In this document: one piece after another, positions 29,361 to 38,255 of the stretch | Layout: the number at the start of each line of letters is the position of its first letter | Numbering within the stretch: the stretch's first letter is position 1 | Origin: an uncultured Bacilli bacterium | GTDB lineage: Bacteria; Bacillota_I; Bacilli_A; RF39; UBA660 | Assembly (NCBI GenBank): GCA_947598485.1 | Contig: CANQFJ010000001.1 | Coordinates: 11,469-75,468, forward strand | Length of the DNA: 64,000 nt | Direction of reading: 5' to 3' | Notes under the pieces: model-generated | The model's input: only the letters and a program-made list of their open reading frames with translations | Database searches by the model: none | Told to the model about the DNA's origin: nothing | Program-made: the position numbers and the translations under genes

Positions 29361-30059
29361 TTATTCTTGAACATTGAAATCGCTAGCAGTATATATGTTC
29401 TCGGCATTTGGAATAAATTCATCTTCTTTACCAATACCAATTGAACCAAAGTCCTTAATACAAGTATTCCATAAAGTACTTGCTGTATATTTACCATCTT
29501 CATCTTTTGAAACCTCATATGGAACATTATTATAAACAGTAAATAAACGATTATCAATTACTTTATATTCAGCTATATTCATGTCCACTTTTTCTTCAAG
29601 TCTAAAGCAAGGAGTAGCCGTTTTCTTAACATATAAAACATCATTTTGAGACATATATTGATTAGCATAACTACTAGACATAACTTTTCTTGCTCGAACT
29701 TCAGCCGCAGGTGTCAAATTATTAGTTATCAAATCATTAATATCACTTATATCATGAATATCTTCAAGAAGATAATCTGTAACGGCATAATATACATCAT
29801 CACTACCATCAATTCTTAAAGTACCTTCACCAACTTGAATATCTCCTTCCAAGATGTATGTTATAAGGAAATTATTATAAAAAGCGTTTCTTACTTGTTC
29901 TTCAACATCCTTTTCATTATATTCAGTAGGATTTTCTTTTTCTTTAGGTTTATTATTTTTTATTACTAGATATACTACAGCTCCAGCTATTAAAGCTAAA
30001 ACACATACTATACTAATGATAATAATTATTAATTTCTTTTTATTTTTACCACTTTTCAT
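29361..30059 (-). CDS. Membrane-anchored extracytoplasmic protein, unknown function (last gene of the pilin unit)
   Basis: N-terminal KKK + TM (LIIIIISIVCVLALIAGAVVYLVI). GGAG RBS. Only 13 nt downstream of giant pilin copy 2. Confidence 0.65.
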   Translation of the reverse strand: MKSGKNKKKLIIIIISIVCVLALIAGAVVYLVIKNNKPKEKENPTEYNEKDVEEQVRNAFYNNFLITYILEGDIQVGEGTLRIDGSDDVYYAVTDYLLEDIHDISDINDLITNNLTPAAEVRARKVMSSSYANQYMSQNDVLYVKKTATPCFRLEEKVDMNIAEYKVIDNRLFTVYNNVPYEVSKDEDGKYTASTLWNTCIKDFGSIGIGKEDEFIPNAENIYTASDFNVQE

Positions 30060-30072
30060 TTATTTTTTCTCC

Positions 30073-32394
30073 TTATTTTATAACATAATAGTTAATAGTT
30101 ACACTATATTCCCAATAATCACGATATTGAGTACATGGATAATAGCATGTGCCATTGCTGTATGATCCATATGAGCAATGGCTGCACTCACTACCATTTC
30201 GATAATCGCCAGAATTACAAGTATAATCTTCATACCCTGAACACGAAGCTTGATAATTACCATCCCAATCGCAATTACCCTTACATGCCGAGTCAACAAT
30301 TGTTTCTTGTCCATCAGTACATGGCCCTGATGGATTATTACATCCCCAGAAGTTGCTTGGGTCATCTCTAGAGTATCCCGTATCGCACGAAGTATAAGGG
30401 TCGTCACCTCCCCAACGTTTCCATTTACCATTGACACACTTCCAAGGTTGACGTTCAGTTGGGCAAGATGTTATTATATATCGAGTTCCTAGATAATACG
30501 AATTTCCACAAGCATCACTAGTATAATAATTTTCGGGTGTACACAACCCGTCACTGGTAGGAGATCCACCTCTTGGACAGTAATAACCGGTAGAACATGT
30601 AAGGGAAGCAGTATATGTACTTAAATAATATGTACTACTGCATGTACCTGTATATGGTTGGGGATCATTTTGTCCACCATAGACATTAACATAAGCATAG
30701 GAGCCAGATAGACTAGCATTAATATATCCTTGATCTGTTGTATAACTAGCTATTTCAACAGGATTATCTAATTTAAATTGGTTACTAATTGATGAAGATG
30801 AATAACTAGATAAACTACCTTGATATGTTTTTTCAATAACGATATCTTTAACTGTTACATAACTATATTTCCAGTTGCCCGCGGCATCTATTACATGGAA
30901 ATAATATGTTTTGTTTTCATCTGCGGTATAGTCAAAAGTTACTTGACTATTTGTTTTAGTTATATTAGTAAATGTTGATGGTTTACTACTGCTTGTTGTA
31001 AAAGCATATCCTACTATGCCAGCTTTAGTATCTAAGGCAGTTCCTCTAAGTACAGTTGATTTTCTATATCCTGACATCGTATTTGATACATTTACAGAAT
31101 CGATAGTTTTATCGACATTTTCTACTTTATAACTTGCTTTTCCTATATTCCCTACATTATCTTTAGCATATAAATAATATTCTCCATTTTCTGTGGCACT
31201 AGTTGGGCAAGTTACATTAGTTTTACTATTTGTTCTTGTTATCGTTTTCCAACCTTTATCACTTGCTGATGGTGTTTTATTTGTTTTTGTACACATCCAA
31301 GCTACTACGCCTGATTTTTGATCTTCAACTGTTCCTGTTAAAGTTACAGATTGTGAATAGGTATTATTATCTGGTGTTCCAGTTAAAGTTACACTATCAA
31401 AACCTACATCCATATTATTTATTTGTAGTGATGCAGATCCATTTGGTGTTACTTCACTTTTATTTATGTTTCCTACAACATCCTTAACCCATACATAGAT
31501 GTAGTCGCCTTCTTTTAGAGTTTTTAAATCTTTGGTCACTTTTACTTTTTCACTTGTTTTTCCTGATGGTGTTACTTTTGTCCAAGTAGTAGGTTCTTTA
31601 GTATCATAAGTTATTTGATAGCCATATATTCCTGATTCAGCATCACTTAATTCAAATGATATATTCTTCTTAGTTGACCAGTTTTCCGGATTTTCATCAA
31701 TTAAGTTATATACTTTTGGTGGTTCTCTATCTATTTTTACACTGCCATATGCTGTATATTTATTATTTCCTACTCTTACTGTTACTTGGAATGTATCATT
31801 TACATATTTATCATCTATTACTAGTTCTTTTCCCGTTTCTACTTTATCAGGTGCTAATGGTGAAGACCAACTATAGCTGGCACTAGCTAAATCAACACTT
31901 ACTAATCCGGTTGTATCTACAGATAGAGTTACTCCTTGATTAAACCATTTATCACCTTTTAAGTCTTGTTTTTTATTACTCGTATCATTATTTAATCTAT
32001 ATTGGATTTTAATTGCTTCATCATTTAATACTGTTACATCACAAAGAGGATTTTCATCTTGTTCAAGATTTGCTTTACCATTACTATAATTTATAACTTG
32101 GCAATTAATTGATTCTTCATTTCGCGGATCATATATTTGCTTTGTTTCATCATCTGCTTCAATTAATCCTTTATCAATAAGAGTTTGCACAAACATCTTA
32201 TTTACACCAGTTTCTTCAGCATAATTTTCTGCAGCAACTTCTATCTTACTGGCTAATGATTCATATTCTCTTTCATTTACTCTACTTCTGACTGTTGATA
32301 CTGATACCATTGCTAATACTGCGATTATTCCTAGTATCACTATTACAGCGATTAGCTCCATGAGTGTGAAGCCCTTATTTTTTACTTTCTTCAT
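30073..32394 (-). CDS. Giant modular type IV pilin-like protein, copy 2 (773 aa)
   Basis: The start is trimmed from TTG 32400 to ATG 32394. MKKVKNKG|FTLMELIAVIVILGIIA is a class-III prepilin signal (Gly-1, Phe+1, Glu+5). A pseudopilin-like head is followed by Ig-like modules (DAESGIYGY, DQKSGVVAW, DTKAGIVGY) and an 18-Cys C-terminal module ending RDYWEYSVTINYYVIK. Confidence 0.8.
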   Translation of the reverse strand: MKKVKNKGFTLMELIAVIVILGIIAVLAMVSVSTVRSRVNEREYESLASKIEVAAENYAEETGVNKMFVQTLIDKGLIEADDETKQIYDPRNEESINCQVINYSNGKANLEQDENPLCDVTVLNDEAIKIQYRLNNDTSNKKQDLKGDKWFNQGVTLSVDTTGLVSVDLASASYSWSSPLAPDKVETGKELVIDDKYVNDTFQVTVRVGNNKYTAYGSVKIDREPPKVYNLIDENPENWSTKKNISFELSDAESGIYGYQITYDTKEPTTWTKVTPSGKTSEKVKVTKDLKTLKEGDYIYVWVKDVVGNINKSEVTPNGSASLQINNMDVGFDSVTLTGTPDNNTYSQSVTLTGTVEDQKSGVVAWMCTKTNKTPSASDKGWKTITRTNSKTNVTCPTSATENGEYYLYAKDNVGNIGKASYKVENVDKTIDSVNVSNTMSGYRKSTVLRGTALDTKAGIVGYAFTTSSSKPSTFTNITKTNSQVTFDYTADENKTYYFHVIDAAGNWKYSYVTVKDIVIEKTYQGSLSSYSSSSISNQFKLDNPVEIASYTTDQGYINASLSGSYAYVNVYGGQNDPQPYTGTCSSTYYLSTYTASLTCSTGYYCPRGGSPTSDGLCTPENYYTSDACGNSYYLGTRYIITSCPTERQPWKCVNGKWKRWGGDDPYTSCDTGYSRDDPSNFWGCNNPSGPCTDGQETIVDSACKGNCDWDGNYQASCSGYEDYTCNSGDYRNGSECSHCSYGSYSNGTCYYPCTQYRDYWEYSVTINYYVIK

Positions 32395-32416
32395 TTCCAA
32401 CCATCCTATTATCCAT

Positions 32417-32446
32417 ATTCTATCACATTTGTTTTTATCATGTCTA
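32417..32446 (-). promoter_or_regulatory. Promoter candidate of giant pilin copy 2
   Basis: On the minus strand: TAGACA (32446..32441), an 18-nt spacer, and TGaTAGAAT extended -10 (32425..32417). Confidence 0.45.
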
Positions 32447-32502
32447 GATAATAATTAATAATAATAGATTTTTATGAACTACTTAATGATTTTAAAAACG
32501 AT

Positions 32503-32534
32503 AAAACAGATATTTTAAGCAAATTATCTGTTTT
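32503..32534 (-). terminator. Terminator between the two giant pilin genes
   Basis: Perfect 10-bp stem aaaacagata/tatctgtttt with a 12-nt loop. On the minus strand it is followed by atcgttttta. Confidence 0.5.
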
Positions 32535-32555
32535 TAAAATTTTTTATAAGCAAGA

Positions 32556-34907
32556 TTATTTAATAACATAATAATTAATAGTTATGTTATATTCCCAATA
32601 ATCACGAAATAGAGTACATGAATAATTGCATGTGCCATTGCTGTATGAACCTCTTGAACAAGAGTAACAATCGCTATCATCTCTATAATCGCCAGATTTA
32701 CAAGCATAATCTTTGTTTCCTGAACAAGAAGCTGGATACTTCGTAAACTTACAGGTTGCATGGCATCCATATTTACCATCATTTGTACTTCCGTCTGGGC
32801 TACAAGCTCCTTCAGGACTTGTGCAATCATAATAGTCTTTAGGTTTTTCAGGTAATTTTATTCTAACATAGCCTACTTCACAAGGTGTGGCGCCATAATT
32901 ATCATCAACTTGTGTCCATGTTCCGTTGATACAAGTAAAGTGTTGATACGGTATTGGGCAAGTGGATAATTCATATTCATCGTCTAAGTAATAAGTGTGA
33001 CCACACTCATCAGTTATACGAGTTTTAGTAGGATAGCACCATCCATCACTGCCAGCGGTACCACCATCTGGACAATAATAACCTGTAGAACATGTAAGAG
33101 AAGCAGCATACGTATTTAAATAAGATGTACTACTACATGTGCCTGTATATGGTTGGGGATTATTTTGACCACCATAGACTCTGACATAAGCATATGAATC
33201 TGAATCTGATAGACTAGCACTAATATATCCTTGATCTGTTGTAGAACTAACTATTTCAACAGGATTGTCTAATTCATCTAATTCAATTTGATCTTCTATA
33301 TTCGAAGATGAATAGCTAAATAAATTACCAGGATATGTTCTTTCTTCAACTATGTTTTCGACTTTTACGGAATCATGATTCCAATTGCCGGCTGCATCTA
33401 TTACATGAAAATAATAAGTTATGTTTTCATCTGCTTTATCATAGTAAAATGTTACTTCATTTTTTGTTTTAGTTATATTAGTAAATGTGGATGGTTTACT
33501 ACTGCTTGTTGTAAAAGCATATCCTACTATACCAGCTTTGGTATCTAGGGCTGTGCCACTTAATATAGTTGATTCTCTGTATCCAGACTTGGTATCTGAT
33601 ATTTTTACAGAGTCGATAGTTTTATCGACATTTTCTACTTTATAGCTGGCTTTTCCTATATTCTCTACATTATCTTTAGCATATAAATAATATTCTCCAT
33701 TTTCTGCGGCACTAGTTGGGCAAGTTACATTAGTTTTACTATTTGTTCTTGTTATCGTTTTCCAACCTTTATCACTTGCTGATGGTGTTTTATTTGTTTT
33801 TGTACACATCCAAGCTACTACGCCTGATTTTTGATCTTCAACTGTTCCTGTTAAAGTTACAGATTGTGAATAGGTATTATTATCTGGTGTTCCAGTTAAA
33901 GTTACACTATCAAAACCTACATCCATATTATTTATTTGTAGTGATGCAGATCCATTTGGTGTTACTTCACTTTTATTTATGTTTCCTACAACATCCTTAA
34001 CCCATACATAGATGTAGTCGCCTTCTTTTAGAGTTTTTAAATCTTTGGTCACTTTTACTTTTTCACTTGTTTTTCCTGAAGGATCAACCTTTGTCCAAGT
34101 AGTAGGTTCTTTAGTATCATAAGTTATTTGATAGCCATATATTCCTGATTCCGCATCACTTAATTCAAATGATAAATTTTTCTTAGTTGACCAGTTTTCA
34201 GGATTTTCATCAATTAAGTTATATACCTTTGGAGGCTCTCTATCTATTTTTACATTTCCATATGCTGTATATTTATTATTGCCTACCTTTACAGTTACTT
34301 GGAATATATCATTTACATATTTATCATCTATTACTAGTTCTTTTCCTGTCTCGACTTTATCTGGAGCTACAGGTGAAGACCAACTATAGCTGGCACTAGC
34401 TAAATCAACACTTACTAATCCGGTTGTATCTACGGATAGAGTTACTCCTTGGTTAAACCATTTATCACCTTTTAAATCTTGCTTTTTATTACTTGTATCA
34501 TTATTTAATCTATATTGGATTTTAATAGCTTCATCATTTAGAACTGTTATATCGCAAAGAGGATTTTCAGCTTGTTCAAGAGTTGCTTTACCATTACTAT
34601 AATTTATAACTTGGCAATTAATTGATTCTTCATTTCGCGGATCATATATTTGTTTTGTTTCATCATCGGCTTCAATTAATCCTTTATCAATAAGAGTTTG
34701 CACAAACATCTTATTTACGCCAGTTTCTTCAGCATAATTTTCAGCAGCAACTTCTATCTTACTGGCTAATGATTCGTATTCTCTTTCATTTACTCTACTT
34801 CTGACTGTTGATACTGATACCATTGCCAATACCGCGATTATTCCTAGTATCACTATTACAGCAATTAGCTCCATGAGCGTGAAGCCCTTATTTTTTACTT
34901 TCTTCAT
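32556..34907 (-). CDS. Giant modular type IV pilin-like protein, copy 1 (783 aa)
   Basis: Same prepilin N-terminus MKKVKNKG|FTLMELIAVIVILGIIA and the same domain order. The C-terminal ~340 aa diverge from copy 2, but all 18 Cys and the terminal RDYWEY.ITINYYVIK are kept. Confidence 0.8.
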   Translation of the reverse strand: MKKVKNKGFTLMELIAVIVILGIIAVLAMVSVSTVRSRVNEREYESLASKIEVAAENYAEETGVNKMFVQTLIDKGLIEADDETKQIYDPRNEESINCQVINYSNGKATLEQAENPLCDITVLNDEAIKIQYRLNNDTSNKKQDLKGDKWFNQGVTLSVDTTGLVSVDLASASYSWSSPVAPDKVETGKELVIDDKYVNDIFQVTVKVGNNKYTAYGNVKIDREPPKVYNLIDENPENWSTKKNLSFELSDAESGIYGYQITYDTKEPTTWTKVDPSGKTSEKVKVTKDLKTLKEGDYIYVWVKDVVGNINKSEVTPNGSASLQINNMDVGFDSVTLTGTPDNNTYSQSVTLTGTVEDQKSGVVAWMCTKTNKTPSASDKGWKTITRTNSKTNVTCPTSAAENGEYYLYAKDNVENIGKASYKVENVDKTIDSVKISDTKSGYRESTILSGTALDTKAGIVGYAFTTSSSKPSTFTNITKTKNEVTFYYDKADENITYYFHVIDAAGNWNHDSVKVENIVEERTYPGNLFSYSSSNIEDQIELDELDNPVEIVSSTTDQGYISASLSDSDSYAYVRVYGGQNNPQPYTGTCSSTSYLNTYAASLTCSTGYYCPDGGTAGSDGWCYPTKTRITDECGHTYYLDDEYELSTCPIPYQHFTCINGTWTQVDDNYGATPCEVGYVRIKLPEKPKDYYDCTSPEGACSPDGSTNDGKYGCHATCKFTKYPASCSGNKDYACKSGDYRDDSDCYSCSRGSYSNGTCNYSCTLFRDYWEYNITINYYVIK

Positions 34908-34944
34908 ATTCTACATTCCTTACTACTAAGCCTATTCTCTTATA

Positions 34945-34974
34945 ATTGTATTATATATATATATATATAGTCAA
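34945..34974 (-). promoter_or_regulatory. Promoter candidate of giant pilin copy 1 with a dinucleotide-repeat spacer
   Basis: On the minus strand: TTGACT (34974..34969), an 18-nt spacer made almost entirely of (TA)9, and TACAAT (34950..34945). An overlapping consensus TATAAT (34955..34950) sits at only 13 nt. Confidence 0.45.
34952..34969. repeat. (TA)9 microsatellite
   Basis: Nine uninterrupted TA units, counted directly. Confidence 0.95.
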
Positions 34975-34978
34975 GCAT

Positions 34979-35009
34979 AAAAAAAGAAAAACTAACATTC
35001 ATAGTTTCC
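34979..35009 (-). terminator. Terminator candidate after the WG-repeat genes
   Basis: On the minus strand: GGAAACUA-UGAAUGU-UAGUUUUU (8 bp, two G:U pairs), then C + U7. Confidence 0.4.
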
Positions 35010-35025
35010 TTTTTTAAAATTATTA

Positions 35026-35988
35026 TTAGTAATTATATTCCGTTGTATCTTCAACTGGTAAAGCATGATCTTCATCAATAGGAATGGTAGCTATTGTATT
35101 ACCATCAACGTCCGTAACTATAACTTTACCATCTTCTTCACTAAATGATATGTTTTCGGAATCACATGGTTCATCATAATATATATAGTTAAAGTCTTTG
35201 CTATAAATTTTAATCATAAAGCTAGTACTAATTAAAGCATTACAATTTTCTAATAAATTGACTACCTTAAAGTCATCATCAATAATTGTATTTCCTTGAT
35301 AATCGACAACTATATAGTTGCCTAAATTAGTTTTGGCATAAATAAAATCTTTATCATAAGTATATATAGCGTCCGCGATTTTAGCTGTTAATTCATTTTC
35401 TGTTTCATCAATTAAACAATAATATCCATCTTTATTTACAATAATCTTATCTATACTTATTTTATCATCCACTAAATCATTACCCGTTAAACCCATATAA
35501 TCATAGGTAGGATTAATAACATAAGAGCCTGTAAAAGGATCGAATAAACCATATTTAAATGTTTCATCTTGAACAATAAGTAAGTTTCCTTGAATGCCAA
35601 TACCATAATCTTTCACCGAATTTAAGTTATAAATTATTTTATCGTTTTTTACCCAATAGTACGATATTTGTTCACCATCTTGAATAAAAGCAAATTCATC
35701 ATTGTAAATAGGTAGCATGGCTGCGTCTATACTTTTATATTCATTATCAGCATCATCAACCGTCGTAGTTACCCGGTCACATAAATTTTTTTGCTTGCAT
35801 TCATAAATGCCTAATAAAACATCATCAGCACTATAAAAGTATAATTTATTATTATTTTTATAAAGATGTTTAGGGTTATCACGATCAAGAATACTACTAT
35901 TATGTTTATGAACCCCATATATCGAAGCAGGAACAAAAAATAGTAAAAGAATGATTAAGATTGGCAATACAAAATCATTCTTTTTCAC
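35026..35988 (-). CDS. Membrane-anchored WG-repeat-like protein (320 aa)
   Basis: N-terminal TM (FVLPILIILLLFFVPASIYGV). FKYGLFDPFTGSYVINPTYDYMG resembles the KWG/WG beta-repeat. It shares the module LYFYSADDVLLGIYECKQKNLC with the upstream 724-aa protein. Confidence 0.55.
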   Translation of the reverse strand: MKKNDFVLPILIILLLFFVPASIYGVHKHNSSILDRDNPKHLYKNNNKLYFYSADDVLLGIYECKQKNLCDRVTTTVDDADNEYKSIDAAMLPIYNDEFAFIQDGEQISYYWVKNDKIIYNLNSVKDYGIGIQGNLLIVQDETFKYGLFDPFTGSYVINPTYDYMGLTGNDLVDDKISIDKIIVNKDGYYCLIDETENELTAKIADAIYTYDKDFIYAKTNLGNYIVVDYQGNTIIDDDFKVVNLLENCNALISTSFMIKIYSKDFNYIYYDEPCDSENISFSEEDGKVIVTDVDGNTIATIPIDEDHALPVEDTTEYNY

Positions 35989-38149
35989 TAGTATCTTCTC
36001 CTTTATCTTTATTATCGTCTGGCTTTTCTTCTTCGTCTGTTGCTGGTTCAGTTATTTTTTTACCTTGACGATCATATTTATAAACCATTTCTGTCTTATC
36101 ACTTAACTTAATCGTAATAACGTAGCCGTCTTTATTATCAACACTAATATCAGTATATTTAATAGAACTTAAATCAATTTCCTCTTGAAGAATACCTTTA
36201 GCATCTTGATCATAAGAATATAAGTTTAGCTTTTTATCTTTAACACCAATTAAAAGATCTGACTCAAGTTTAGCAAAATCTAAATCTACACTAACTATTT
36301 TGCCATTTTCATTATAAACAGTATATTTCTTATCTTTATTTACAATAAAATTACCATATGAATAATCCACTATTGTATATTTACTACGAATAATTTCATT
36401 TTCTGGTGATAATTTTGTAAGGTCAAACAAGCGATAGTATTCAGAGTCTTTAGCAAGTAAATAATCATTTTTAAATATAGATATACTACTATAATCAAAA
36501 TTTAATTTTTTAGATGCAGTTGTAGCATCAATTTTAATGACACCATATTTACCACTGGTATTTTGAGCATAAACAAGTTCATCTAAACTAGATATATGAG
36601 ACACATCAGCAGTTCTATATAAAACATCTACTTTTTGATATGTACCTAATACTTTAGCATTTTCAATATCTGTAATAACTATTCTTTGATTAGTATCACT
36701 AGAACTAGTATCTCTAATAAAGACATACTTATTATTTATAATTGGAATATATCCCATAGTATCAGAATCATTAACAATATTTTGCGCTTGAGCTACAAAA
36801 CAATTATCAAGAGTCTTCGTAGAACTTGTAACATTATTTTCATTAGTACATGTATAACTACCTATTAAATCAGTTTTCTCTTGATCAGCGTAAAAGAATA
36901 AAGAACCATCAAAATAATTTACATAAGGAAGTTGTTTGCTTATCCTTCCTTCATTAACGTTAATTTCTCTATCTTTGCCATCAATCTCGATTGTAATTTT
37001 AGCATCATCTATCGTTAATGAATATGCACTCTTCGTTTCTTTATAATTATTCTTATCATCAAATATGTATGCTGGGCGATATTCTTTGGCTTTTAATTTA
37101 TAGCCCGTTTCTGTTAACTTATATAATGTATCATCATAGGCATAAATTCGGCCATCTTTAATAGCAAAAACATAGTTATCTTTAAAATCAAGATATTCTA
37201 TACCATCATCTTGAATTAAAGCCGTTCCTTTATAATCATATAGCGCATATTTATCACTAGTATATAAGGAAATATACTTATCACTAAATTGCTTTATATC
37301 ACCGTTTAATTTAGCCGTTAAGACTTCATTAGCACTATTTATTAAGAATGATTTATCATCTTCTTTAGCAACAAAAGCTTTAGAACTATTCATAATGCCA
37401 AGATATTCATAAGAAGGTTTTATTAATTCTTCATAAGAACTATCTTTAAAAGATAGAATACCATAGCCATTGGCTCTTTCTTTAACAACAACATAATTCT
37501 CATCTATGTTACCAGTTTTAATAAGTTCATAATCACCATAACTAGCTTCTTCTTTCATATCATATAAACTTATTTTATCTTCATCAAAGACAAAGACATA
37601 TCTATTAGAAATAACTTTTGATGTTCTTTGAATTTCTTCATTTTTACTATTAAGATACTCCGCTACATCAAAATCATCTTCATTAGATAATGGAGCTACA
37701 TAACATCTATCAACGTCTTTATTTTTACACTCATATTTTCCTATTTCATTATCACTTTCATCAAGAAATATTAAAAAACCATTTTGATATTTATAATTGT
37801 CTTTTTCAATGACAATTGTTTCGGCAGGATCAAGAGGTTTTTCTTCATCCTTTTTAAGAACTAAGAAGTATACCAATAAAGCAATTATTACTAAAATGAC
37901 TATAACAGGTATAACAATAATCGCAATTTTTGTTCCCTTAGGTAAATCCGACCATTTTTCTTTAAAGCTTTTTTTATTATATTTATTACTTCTTTTAGGC
38001 ATAGGTTTTACTTTAAGTTCAGTATCAGAAATTTCTTCTACCTCAACACTATCCATTTTCGCGGTTTCTTCATCAGTACTATTAAGTTCAATGATTGTAT
38101 TTTGATTTTTACTTTCTTCGATATCATTTAAATCGTCTATATTTGGCAT
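35975..38149 (-). CDS. Membrane-anchored WG-repeat-like protein (724 aa) with acidic cytoplasmic N-terminus
   Basis: TM IAIIVIPVIVILVIIALLVYFLVL. Repeats such as NGYGILSFKDSSYEELIKPSYEYLG and GKYGVIKID. Two copies of the F..(D/A)......GxYxC...C module. K/D/E-rich C-terminus. Confidence 0.55.
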   Translation of the reverse strand: MPNIDDLNDIEESKNQNTIIELNSTDEETAKMDSVEVEEISDTELKVKPMPKRSNKYNKKSFKEKWSDLPKGTKIAIIVIPVIVILVIIALLVYFLVLKKDEEKPLDPAETIVIEKDNYKYQNGFLIFLDESDNEIGKYECKNKDVDRCYVAPLSNEDDFDVAEYLNSKNEEIQRTSKVISNRYVFVFDEDKISLYDMKEEASYGDYELIKTGNIDENYVVVKERANGYGILSFKDSSYEELIKPSYEYLGIMNSSKAFVAKEDDKSFLINSANEVLTAKLNGDIKQFSDKYISLYTSDKYALYDYKGTALIQDDGIEYLDFKDNYVFAIKDGRIYAYDDTLYKLTETGYKLKAKEYRPAYIFDDKNNYKETKSAYSLTIDDAKITIEIDGKDREINVNEGRISKQLPYVNYFDGSLFFYADQEKTDLIGSYTCTNENNVTSSTKTLDNCFVAQAQNIVNDSDTMGYIPIINNKYVFIRDTSSSDTNQRIVITDIENAKVLGTYQKVDVLYRTADVSHISSLDELVYAQNTSGKYGVIKIDATTASKKLNFDYSSISIFKNDYLLAKDSEYYRLFDLTKLSPENEIIRSKYTIVDYSYGNFIVNKDKKYTVYNENGKIVSVDLDFAKLESDLLIGVKDKKLNLYSYDQDAKGILQEEIDLSSIKYTDISVDNKDGYVITIKLSDKTEMVYKYDRQGKKITEPATDEEEKPDDNKDKGEDTSEKE

Positions 38150-38224
38150 TATATCACTTCCCTATTTTCTTTTTAGATTATATCAAAAAAAATTATAAGT
38201 GTAAACTCCAATAAGATTTTTATA

Positions 38225-38251
38225 AAAAATAAAAAGCACCATTAAGTGCTT
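38225..38251 (-). terminator. Terminator after the 248-aa gene (end of the tad unit)
   Basis: On the minus strand: aagcac-ttaatg-gtgctt followed by tttttatttttt. Confidence 0.55.
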
Positions 38252-38255
38252 AAAT

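Larger units (their letters stand above)
30073..34907 (-). repeat. Tandem direct duplication (period 2513 nt) comprising the two giant pilin genes
   Basis: The offset is a constant 2513 nt over the 5' ~1.3 kb. Alignment by eye gives a perfectly identical 372-nt block, 31195..31566 = 33708..34079. The flanks carry scattered substitutions, and the 3' ~1 kb is diverged with indels. Confidence 0.9.

Noticed and set aside
30099-30437. Alternative-frame ORFs (112 aa and 78 aa here; 82 aa at 32582..32830) inside the Cys-rich pilin 3' regions
   Set aside because: They are embedded in the longer pilin frames, whose Cys pattern is conserved between paralogs. The alternative frames are not conserved between the two copies.
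31230-31487. 85-aa plus-strand ORF, identical to the one at 33743..34000
   Set aside because: It is antisense to the pilin genes. The identity merely reflects the identical duplicated DNA, which is useful as evidence for the repeat but not for a gene.
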